Part shown: in pieces, positions 24,501-36,500 of the stretch
Numbering within the stretch: position 1 is the first letter of the stretch
Layout of the letters: every line of letters begins with the position of its first letter
NCBI RefSeq assembly: GCF_011386835.1
Contig: NC_088794.1
Coordinates: 31,310,001-31,374,000 of the forward strand
Origin: Chrysemys picta bellii
Lineage: Eukaryota
Direction: 5' to 3'
DNA: 64,000 bases
Notes under the pieces: generated by a model
The model's input: only the letters and a program-made list of their open reading frames with translations
Databases searched by the model: none
Told to the model about the DNA's origin: nothing
Made by a program: the position numbers and the translations under genes

Positions 24501-27500
24501 TTCCACACTTAACTATCTGGTCACCCTAGTTCCATCACACCCAGCTGGGATCACTAATTCACTGCATCACCAGTGAGGCTGGGGGATAGCTCAGCTGCTA
24601 AGCCTAGCTTGCTTTAAAGGGCCAGCCAGCCTGTGACAGGAACAGGACCCAACAGTGAAATAACATTTTATAGACACAGCAACAATCACCCCAGTCCAGA
24701 AGCCCAGCGCGAGGCTTATGCAACATTTTTGTCCCATTTAAACCTTCCCAACAGGATTCAGTTGTGCTGGTTCTTTGCATGGGAGCGAATTTCGCCCTGA
24801 GGGAACCATTTTTATAGGAGTAAGGATTTCCCTCATTGTTATGGGCAACAATGTGGGGGAAAACAGGCAGCCAATGCAGACGCTTAACTCACTTTCTTAT
24901 CTAATTTTTCAGAAACTCAACCCTCAAATCATGTACAACATTCAAAACAGCAGCGATTTCACCGTAACCAGAGATGGCCTTGTCCTGACAAACACAATGC
25001 TGCAGTCAGCCGTGACTATAACAATGTTGGTATGTCAGCTTTCCTGATAGGCAGAGGATAGTTATTTGTATTACAGTAGCTCCCAGAGTATCTGGGGTCC
25101 CCGATCAGAGCTAGACACATCATAAAAATGGCAGTCCCTGCCCCAGAGATCTTACAATAGAAACATATGATGAGACAACATCTGGGGCAATAGGGAGGTC
25201 AAGGTAACAGCGATCATAGAGCCAACATGCCTGAGAAGCCTGCAAAATCCAGGACAATCTGCTAGAGCTGGTCAAGAAATGGGTTTTCCCTCTGGCCCAT
25301 GGAAAATTTCAATGAACACACACACACGTTTTTCAGAATTTTTTGGTAGAAAATTTCAACTTTTCATTTAAAACAAAACAAAACCCTAAAAAACCCGAAC
25401 ATTTTCAGTTTTCCAATGAAAAGTTAACAAATCTCAAAGAAATCAGACATTTTTCACAAAATTTGTTTAATCGAAAATCCAGTTTTCCACAGGAAAAAAA
25501 TTGACAAAGATTTCAACGAGCTCCACTGTCTACTAATCATTGCAAACCTGATGTTACATATGCACAGAATTTAATGAAAAGAAAACGTGTCTTCTTGGAA
25601 GACTTTAGAACCCAGCTAAAAGGTTGACTGTGCAAGTAACACTGTTCGTATCTACCAGGTTCCCATTTAGGATACGGACCAGGTCTTGTTGGGAAGATGA
25701 AATACTAAGGGACTCATCCTTGGTGGGTGTAAATCAGCATCAGTGGAGCTGTGCCATGTTCCAACAGCTGAGGATCTGGCACTTAGTATTTTAAGTTATT
25801 TGCGATTGTTGTAACAATGTTAAGAGCTCTCTTTTGTGTAGGATTTTTCCTCTGAGCTGGCTTTTTTCAAACGATCGTGCACACAGAAGGGTTTACACAA
25901 AGAGGGGCAATGTTTCTTAAAATTAAGAATCTGCCTTCCGTAAACACACCAAGTCACCAATGACTTAAACTGGGAGCTAGGTCCAAAGGGACTGATGAGA
26001 GATAAAGACTTTTGGTGGTTTGGTATATGCACCAGCTGTAGGGAATATAGCCTCTGGACTCTGAAACCCTCTGATAAAGCCTTTTGTTTTTTCCCCTCTC
26101 TGAGCAAAAAAGGTGACTTATGCCTTTGGGTTTTCTTAAAGGATAGGCCTTTTTTGTCACATTGTGCATCCTTCTGCTAGTGCAGGATTGTTCCCTGCTG
26201 CATTTCTGGAGGAAATATGGTCTGGTGTTTAAAGCACAGGACTGGAACTCAGGAGATCTGAGTTCTGATTCCAGATCTGCCAGACTTCCTGCATGAATTT
26301 TGGCAAGTTACTTTACCCCTTCATGCTTCAGAGTCCCCATCTGTAAAATGGCAAAGAAAATGCTTCCCCACTTCACTGTTGCAAAGGATGCTGCAAGGAT
26401 TGTTACAGAATATGTATAGAGCTCCGAGTGCCTCAAGCGGGAGGTGCTATGGGAGTGTACAGAGTACTTTTACTTCAGGGGATGTTCGGAGAATGAATGA
26501 ATGTAGCAAGCAACCAATATCATCTCCTTCTCATGTCTGCATAGGCTACTGCTACCGATGAGGAGAGTCTGCAGGAGGCAAACACTGTGATCACTGTGGA
26601 GATCACACCTTCCACAGGTACGTTGGGCATCCCATTGTTTTATGGTTCTCAAAGAGTTATTTTACATTGCCCCAGGCAATCTAGAGAACACAGATCACAC
26701 ATTAGAGACTCTGGTCCCAATTCAAAGCCCATTGATATCCCAAGGGAGGCTCTATTCTGTCCTCCAGCTAGAGCAGGATAAAGCACTCCAAGTGTATCCT
26801 TAAAACACTCACAACAGCCATTGTGCACTCTCAACCTCCCCCCCACCCAAAGTGCAAGGGATTTAGCCTTTGCCAGCTCACTTTCCTTTTCCCATGTATT
26901 TTATCCACGTGACTAGAGCTAGGATCATGTACTGCTTCATTTTATTGGTCAGAATGAAGAGGGATGCTGAATGTTGGTGCAAGTGAGAGTCACAAGGGTA
27001 CCTTGCTAACAGGTTTTTCCTAGTTTGCTTAAAGGAGCAGATGGCAGGGCTCTTATCTTTAAAAAGAGAGGGGAAGCCAAGAGGTCCCAGCATATAGCGC
27101 TTCTTCTTGATCCCAGCAGCCTCCCGCTCAGGTCAAGAGGGAACATTAACTTCTGGGACCTTTAGCTCTTACTAATACGGAGCTGTGACTAATGCAGAAT
27201 AGGGGAGCCACAGGGCAATGCATAGAACTCTTCATGTGGCCCCCGGGCCATCACGGAACCTCTTTGGAACAAGGTAGTTTGTGCCTTTCATACTCGCTAG
27301 CAATTGCTGATGGATAGAATTTACAAGTCAATCAGATCTGAAACTTGGTGAGCTTGTAGTCTGCATGAAGGCAGACCAATATTGCACATTAAACACACGG
27401 AGTGGGTCAGGCCACCTTGCCAAACAGCCTTCTTGGTTTATATCCTACTACACTTTGCAGAATGTTGCAGTTGATATCCTGCATTACCTCACCACTATAA

Positions 27501-30500
27501 CAATGTTTGGACAACACCAGCAAAATGGTGCTTAGACATGACAGAAAGATATGAAAGGCCAAGTGGCAAAAGGTTTTCCTGAAACATGTCCCTGCTATTT
27601 GAGGACACACCCATCTGTGTGGGCAAACACCTGCAGCTTCACATGCAGACAGATTTTTGCATGTGCAAAAACAGATAATCGCATGCAGGAGGAGTCCCCT
27701 TATGAATGCAGATTTGCCTGCACTCACAAATATTGCTGGTGCATTTTGGAGGCCCTTTTAAAATATAGCTCCATGAGTCTTCTGCTGATTCTTAAGATTC
27801 ATGCCAGTCCTAGACTTGAGTAGGTTTAAAATTCTGCCTGCCCATTAACATAATTCCACTTTTAAAGAGTTGCAAGGAGGGAGAAATTTTAGCTCCTTCT
27901 CCTCCAGCCAGTAGAACACACACCTTTCTCGGTTATTTATATTGAAACCGTACGGCTTGTTGTATCAATCAGCACCTGCTTTACTTTTGCTCTGTTCAGA
28001 TGAATAAAATGTTTTGCCATTGTCAAAAATAAAGTAACATGAAATTGTAGCTAAAAAGTTAACCAACACCACCTCGGGTACCTGTTGGGTCTCCAGGTAC
28101 AACTACTCTTTCTACCCCTACCACCACCACCACCTCTGCTGCTGCTGGGACAGGAACCACCACTCCAAAACCTTCTGGTTCATCATCAGCTTTACCACCT
28201 GGAGTAACTAACACGGCCTCTACAGCCAATTCTGGACCCACAAAATCCACTTCTTCAGTGAACACGACAACCAACAATGCTGGCACACCTGGGCCCACTG
28301 GAAAGCCTGTGACAGGTACTCCCTCAGGCTCACTTATCCCTCCTCTTGTAACCACAATGAAGCCTGCTACCACAAAGTCTTCTACCAGCGGAGTATCCAG
28401 CATGCATCCAGTGGTGCCTTCAGAATCCAGAACCACCAAATTCCCTATAACAGGAACAAACCCAGGTGGAACTGTTCAATCCACTGCTCTGCCATCTTCC
28501 CCATCTGGCGGGCCCAGCCCTCATCTTACATCAACTCCAGTAGCAAGCAGATCTCCGAGGCCATCAGACCCCGTGTCTTCTCAAACATCCTTCACAAACA
28601 GTCATCAGACAGGTAGATAGATGTGTACGCTACTCAGAATCAAGGCATTTCCCCCCCCTCTCCTGCCCCCCATATCTCTGCGCTCAGCAAATTCAGTTTC
28701 ATGCTCGCTGTCTGTTTCTGATTTGTCCTTCTTACGAATGGGAGAGGTTTCCAAGGAAGTCTCAAGAACTGCTGCAGTACTGGTGACTCAGTAGGATGCA
28801 CTCACCCTTTGGGATCAATAGTCCTCAACATAGCAGTATGCTATTGGGGAACACTGCACTGCTGGAGACAGCCCTTTTTTGGGGTGCACAGCAAGGCTCT
28901 GACCACTTGGTGTCATCAAGGTCCCATCGCACTTTTTGCAAGAGGAGGGGGGCTAAGCCCCCATGTCCTGGGGAAAGCCCAATCTAGATAATTACTTTTT
29001 AGTGCCTAACTAAAATCCCAGTGCAGCTTTTACTGGATACGGCATTCTTCTTCACTTCCTGTTCTCAAATGCTGCACGGTATTGCCCCGTGCTGTTAAAC
29101 TGCTGCATTCCCGAGGTGGCTGCATCTCAGTGCTGGGGAAAGGGACTCCTGTGTCTATATAGTTTGTGAATTGCTTTGGAATTCTTTCAGATGAAACATG
29201 CTAAATAGATTGGGACTTTAGGAACAGCCCTTTGAAGGCAGTTAAGTGTAAGGTGCTCCATCCCAGATGCAGCCGTGAAGGGCATTGTGGCTCAGAGACC
29301 CCTCTCCAACTCACAAATTCTACCAGACCTCAGGAGGGTAGCACTTCATTGCTGCTGACCAGAGCTGGTCAGAGAAATTTTGATGGAACCATGTTCTGTC
29401 AAAAATCACTTTGCAAAATCAGATACATTTTGCCAGAATTTAAATTTCGGAAGAAAAAAAATTAGAAAAAACGGTTCCAACATTGTCAAAATGGGACGTT
29501 TTGACATTTTTTGAAATAAAAATGTTTTGATTTTTTTTGAAACTTTTCATTTTGAATTTTTTAAATTTTGTATTATATTATCTATATTGCTCCCTACTAA
29601 TAATGTAGTCTGTGTTTTTAATAGAGCTGTTTGAAAAGTGGCAAATGTTTTTGTGAAAAAAAAAATTCAATTCTGCTGGTTTTGGAAACAGAACAATTTC
29701 TGGGTTTATTTGATATTCCCCTCCACCCCCAACAAGAAATGTATTCAAAGTTTTCACTTTCAGAGATTTTCAGTTTTCTGAACAAATTCAGTTTCTCATT
29801 TTTTTGGTTTTCCGTGTTTTAGAGTCAAGAACTAATTTTATATATATAGGGCCACAGTACAGAATCTGTCAGATCATAGCTTCATGCCAGCACTGTCAGG
29901 GGGCTGAATGGCTCATCTATCTCAGTGGCCAGAACCCATTCTAAACATCACAAAGTATGAAGACTTTTGCCCTGAATAAGTCAGGTAGCAGATCCTCAAC
30001 TGGATAATGACTTCTTTTCAATGCTCTGTTAAGTGGCTCTGCAAATCCTCAGTTTACCTGAAGATTCTCTCACCACTACTAGGCTGTTGATCCACTTTGT
30101 GCTAGTTTCAACTGGTGAAATGATGCCTCTGTGCAGTCTTGCTTCTTTTCAGACTTGCCAGTTGCTCTGTCAGTGGATTCCTCAGGGCTAAAACTCTGTT
30201 TAAGAGATCTCACAGGCAGCATGTGGGGATGGTTTTCTAACTTCAGCTTGCCCTTTAGGTGCCCATCTTCAAATATGGCTTTATATTCTGTTAAAATGCT
30301 GGACAGGGCCCTACTGACTGTTCTTCCTCCTCTCTCATGTGGAGGATATTCTAGCGTTGTACTACAATCAAATCCATGGCTTACACTGCCCTGCTTCCTA
30401 GCAGCAGCTGGTGCTACTGTGCATCAACTACTATAGACTCCAAGTGATACCCACGAAACAAGAGAAGTTTTCTTATCAACAGCCTACTGTTCTCAGAATG

Positions 30501-33500
30501 ACCAAGTCCTGGTGATGTACAATGAAACCACATTTCTCCCGTCTAATATTGCTGTTTCACTGTTGCTGGGATTACATTGCTGCTGGCTCCACAATCCAGC
30601 TGGAATCGAATTGGTCATTGAGCTAACAGCATAGTCGCAAACACAGCAGCTGAATGGCTGAAGCCTTCTTCGGTAGTGCACATAGACAAACAGTCTTTGG
30701 AGTTGCTGAAGTCACACTGCAGATGTACTTTTCTTCATTGGAAGCCTCTACCTCCACAAATCACTGCTTGTACTGCTGCTTCTTTCTTTCCAGGGGAGCT
30801 GCAGCTCTGGGACAAAGTGGTTCTGTTTCCCACACTCCTTGCAACACTGCCCATTGGCTGGGCAACTTCTTTTTTCCTTGTTATGTTGCTTTGCGCAGTA
30901 CAGACGCTGGACAATGATGCCTACGTTCTCAATCCGTCCGTCTCTGTCCTGCTTTCTGAGTCTGTGTATTTGTTCTGCACTATCTGGCTATCACTGTTTT
31001 GATCTTTTCCCTGGACAGTTCAGATGCTCTTGCTATTTGGAAGCCCTTCTCTAGGGCTAGACTGTTTTCCCTTCACAATCTCCCCTGTAAACTGGAATCA
31101 GGTGTCCCGCAAACGACTCTGTCTCTAAATTATGGCTCCAAAGTTACATATGGATGCCAGAGTTCTCAGCTCTGTAGCGTAAGCATCTATTCTCTTTTCG
31201 GCTTCTTGGTGTTGGGTAAAAAGTAAACGATCACCTGTCTCTACAGTCTCATTCTGCTTGAGACCACAGTACACAAACACTTTCATCAGCTGTTCCAATG
31301 TCTCACTCGTATTTCATCGCCAAAGAGGTAGTAAAAAAAGCTTTATTTTCTTTTTCTCATAGTTATTTTCCATGGTCAGCTCTGTATAGAACTCAATTCT
31401 TGCTTCCACTGCTTTCCTGCTCATGCAAAGATTTGTGTGTGGAAATCCAGCTTTCCCAGTCCCTCTATGCTACCTGATTGCTCCATTTCTAGGTGCTGCT
31501 TGGTTTGCCTGTTAATCATACTCTCTTCCTTGCTATGGGTCTCACTAGATTGACCGCTGTCACCATGGTTTCACGTACTGCATTCTGGGTAGCAACATGA
31601 GAGGAGTTCATGTTTCTAAAACTAAACTGGCTCTTTAGTAAGAGAACTATTTGCAGAGGTGCTGCAGCTAGCATTCTAGCCATGTGCACACAAACAGGTT
31701 CTTGTTGCCTTCACCAAATTTTTCCCTCCTCCAACCTGTGCTTTTCTCCAAGATCCAGGCCAGAATGGGTACCTCCATTTCTGGATGCCCACAGTTAGAC
31801 TGATGGGGCCTTATTTTCAGAAATGCTAAGCACCTTCCGCTCCCAATGACTTCAGAGGGAGTTGCAGGTGCTTCAGCCTCTCTGAGGGAAAAAACAAAAA
31901 CACGCCTTTCCCCTCCCGACCCCGGCAAGTTATTAAGTGCCAAAATTAGGCCAACATTTTCAAATCTTGGTACCTAAAGTATCTGAGATTGAAACATCAG
32001 AAACTGGGGCACCCAAACATAGGGTTACCATATTTTAGTTTTAAAAAAGGAGGACACTCCACGGGGCCACGGCCCCACCCCAACTCCGCCCCTTCCCCAA
32101 AGTCCCCGCCCCAACTCTGCCCCCTCCCCTGAACACTCCCCCCCCCTGCTCCTCCCCCTCCCCTGCTTCCTGCGAATCAAATGTTCGCGGGAAGCCTGAA
32201 ACAGGGAGGCAGCAGGTAAGCTGGGGCTGGGGCGGGGTGCGGCGCGGCCCAGTCCGGCCCCCCTGGCCGAGCGGCTCCCTCCAGCAGCTGGCCGGCCCAG
32301 GCCAAAAGGCTCTGGCCCCGGTGTCTCCTGCCCGGCTCGGCTCGGGCCCTGGGGCGCCGGCCCCCGGCCGAGCACCGCCGGGCCCTCCCTCCCTATTTTC
32401 CCGGACACGTCCGGCTTTTTGGGATTTCCTCCCGGACGGGGATTTGAGGCCCAAAAAGCCGGACATGTCCGGGAAAATCCGGACATATGGTAACCCTACC
32501 CAACATAGATGTGACTTTGATAAATAGACACTAAGGGTCAAATTTTTAAACAACATACTGGTAACTAGGCAATGAAATGGTTTCACCACTGTACTAAAAA
32601 TATGTTGGCTTGGGGTACTTAAAGTGACAGAACTATTGCCCTATTTTCCTGTATACACAGTATATTTCAGAGGGCCAAATCAGCACTAGCAAAGGCAAGG
32701 AGGAATGAGCCAATAGGCCTGTTCTGTGTCTAATTGCTTTGATTCCTGTCCCCAAGGCTGTTCTTTGGTGTCAAGGGATTTGTATGCTAAGGACTGGAGT
32801 GTACTTTAAGGGTGTGAGCCAAAGCCCATTGAAGAAGTCAGTGGAAAAATTACAGTACATTTTAATAATATTCAACTTATGGGCGGTGGATGCTGAAGTA
32901 CACTTTAATTTCTAGGACATGTGCACCAAAGGGATAACTTAACAGCCACTGACATCAGAAAGAGTAGAGTCTTGCATCAGTTCTGCAGGCTGCATTTCCC
33001 ATCACTAATCATGGTATCAAACACAATTAAGTAGTAAAATTTCATACAAGTGCCAGTCCTTCACTGTCACGTTAATAATAAACTGTTGGAGCTGTCACCA
33101 GCCCAGGTAATATTCAAAGTCCACAATGAAAACATGCCAGCAAAAGGGCAAAACACGCTATTAATTATCATGAAACTCGAAAGAAATTGGTTTATAATTC
33201 AAAATGAGGATGGCATAAGAAACAAATACCCCTAGAGGCAAGCTAAATAGATGAATCCTCTGGCAGTACAGTACTGTATCTCAGTTTCGATGTTGATCCT
33301 TAGGCTTCTTGTACCTGCTAAGTGCTGAAAGCGTAACCCAAACTTACAGCCAGGAAAAGCTGGCAATTTGCCATAGGAGTGGAATATAAGCTATATATGG
33401 GGGGAGGGATAGCTCAGTGGTTTGTGCATTAACCTGCTAAACCCAGGGTTGTGAGTTCAATCCTTGAGGGGGCCATTTAGAGATCTGGGGCAAAAATCTG

Positions 33501-36500
33501 TCTGGGGAATGGTCCTGCTTTGAGCAGGGGGTTGGACTGGATAACCTCCTGAGGTCCCTTCCAACTCTGATGGTTCATGATTCTATGAAGAATCAGAGTG
33601 AGACACTGTCATCAACAAAAGATTAAACACACTTTAAAATAGTGCAATTTAAAGCAACTCCCAAGTCACTTTCCTCTACACTTTACTGCAACAAGCACAC
33701 TGGCCAGTATCATGGCTTTGATCAGCAGCTGTATTATGGCACAGTAAGTCTGCCTTTAATAGACAAGAAGGTAGACGGTGCTTCTCAGATCCCACTGACG
33801 TCAGTGCAAATTGCAGCCATGTAACAGAGATCGGAATGCTATTCTGGTAATTTTTTATTCCCTGTTTTTACTTGGCCCTGAATCTCTGGGCTAGAACGCT
33901 GCACAAAGGATGCCTCATTTTCCACAAGAAAACAAAAAAGGGTTTTCTTTTGCTGGTAGAAATTTGTGATGCAAAAATTGTCACACAGGTCTGCTCTGGG
34001 AAACACCACTGTTTATTTGCTCATTCAGTTACACAGTCTAGGCAGTAATAAGAAGGTACTGGGATGAGAATGGATCCTACTTGCCTTTTAATCATTTGAA
34101 ACTTAAAGTAATAAACTACAGCCACCATCTGCCTTCCCACCATGAGTGTAAACTTTTGTCCGGCCCTGTACAGAATGTGCCACAGACAGACGTTTTGCTA
34201 AGCCACAGGTATCGATCCCCACAGCATTGGGCACCTCAGCTCCCACCTCATTCAAGGTCCATGATGAGGAACCCTGGTTAAGGAAAGGACGCTTTTGGGT
34301 TTAAATGTGATAAGCAAAATGTCAACACAACACTCCTGTCCCAGTCCAGCAATTCTTTCTCAGGAAAAATTCCCCATTCGTTTAAATGGGAAATTCACCT
34401 TTGTAAGTTCCCTCCTCTTTTTATTGATTGAAAGTTCTGAAGTCCCATTCGGGGTCCTTCCAAAAACCGATGCCTCAAGCACGGCACTGCAGTACACCCT
34501 GTCAGATTAAATGGGTCCATTCCACCCCTTGCACTCTACTGGAGAGCTTTTTCCTTGATCTTAGAAAAGTGATTTTGTCTTCTCCTCCTACAAGCAAGTC
34601 TTGCGTTAAAGGCCATGTATGAATGATTCTTAGAAGTGTAACATCCGTTTGTTTTCCTCGTAGGCACAAAAGACGAGAGAGCTAACTTGCGTTACACTGC
34701 ACAGGACATGGCTGCTGTAGGTGCCACATTGGCAGTATGTCTGCTAATCACCTTACTCGGACTTGGATTCATTGTCCGCAAGCAGTGTAGACACACAATT
34801 GAGCGTCTGGTTGGAAAAAAGAGAGGCGAAGTAAGTGGTTAATTTGTAACTAGTTCATTTCAGGGTTGCCTTAGAGCTACGAAATGATGTCTTGGCATAG
34901 GTGCCAACTTTTACTTTTCCCTGGGGATGCTCCACCTCCATTCTGCCCTTCTCTGCCTCTTCCTGCCCCCTCCTCGAGGCCCCCTGCCCGCCCACCACTC
35001 TCCACACTCCTCGGCCCCCCCATCAGCTGATTGGTGCTGCCGCTGCCACCGCCCCCCCACCCACCCATCAGCTGTGGCTGGTGGGTGCTGAGCATCCACT
35101 ATTTTTTTTCCATGGGTGCTCCACCCATGGAGTCGGCACCTATGTGTCTTGGGTTTAAAGAACGAACCAGGGTGCTGGGATATCCACGGTCTATGTCCTG
35201 CTGTGTGACAGTGACAAGTCACATGGGCCAAAGTTTAAGAGTAGCACTGAGTTTGCAGGCCTCCATTTTTGGGAAGTCAAACATCACACAAGGTTACGGT
35301 CATGATGATTTGTATTGCCATAGCACTTCGAGGCTCCAGCCCCTGGGCTAGGCACTGTACTGAGAGAACCGCGGGATGACGCAGGCCCCAGAGAATCAAA
35401 GAATCAGAGGCCAGACAATAGGTGGATTCAAAGAGATGGGGTGGGAACTCAATGGGAACCGCTGGTGCTCAGAACTTGAGAAGTCAGGCCCCAGATATCG
35501 AGAAGTCAGGCACCCAGAAATGGAGGACCCTAAATATCAGTGGCCTCTTTTGAAAATGTTGGCTTTAGTCTCCTTGGGCTTCCATTATCTCCATCTGCAA
35601 AATGGCGCTAATACTTCTGTTACAGGTAGGGTGACCAGACAGCAAGTGTGAAAAATCGGGACAGGTAGGGGTGGGGGTGGGAGGTAATAGGAGCCTATAT
35701 AAGAAAAAGACCCAAAAATCAGGACTGTCCCTATCTGGTCACCCTAGTTACAGGAGTGTCAGGAGGCTAGATTCACTAACGTTTGTAAAGCAAGACCCTT
35801 AGATGGAAGGTGCCTTAGAAGTGCAAAGGATTAGATACACTTCTTATGGGTGTCCTGTGACTCCAGGGGTGGTACGGAGGGACTCATCAAGTGCCTGCAG
35901 CTCAGGTAATTGCTTCAAACCTCCGAGATGAGAAATGTTGAGTCAAGTCATGGCTTCCATAGGAACAAATGGGCCCCAGCAAATGCTAGTAACGCCTAAA
36001 TGGAGTAAAAGGTGCTACTGGACAATCACACGGCCATTAATAAATTTCCTATTAACCAGGCTACCTTGGGTTAGGAGCAATTTATAAAAAAACAAAAAAC
36101 AAACAAAAAAACCCCACAACCCACTCTCCCTCAAGATCTGATGGAAGAGGGGAGTCGTCATGGCGGTGAGGCTGCTGTTGATTAGTTCACTGGACTGTCT
36201 TGCATCCTGCCCACCCATCCTTAAACAAAGCGAGCTGTTCTGAACCTGTCCTTTCCCGTAGGGCAGGGGTGGCCAAACTGTGGCTCACGAGCCACATGAG
36301 GCTCTTATACTATTAAAGTGCAGCTCACGGAGCCCCCCACATCCTCCCTCCCATTCTCCACCTACCGGAGTGGGGTGGAGGGAGCTTGGGACTTCTGCCT
36401 TGCAGCGGGGTAGGGGCTTCTGCCCAGTGGGATGCACCTGCTGGGGCTCTGGGCTTCTGCAGGAGTGGGGGCTGAAGCCCCGAGCCCCCGCAGGCACCCC

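Noticed and set aside
25992-25999. CTGATGAG hammerhead-like starts (also 62044)
   Set aside because: No stem II or downstream GAAA can be formed.
28059-28439. 126-aa hydrophobic ORF on the minus strand
   Set aside because: Antisense shadow of the Thr/Pro codons of the CDHR5 mucin exon.
33399-33475. tRNA gene
   Set aside because: A and B boxes are present, but it continues into a CR1 tail with no acceptor stem or Pol III terminator, so it is a SINE head.
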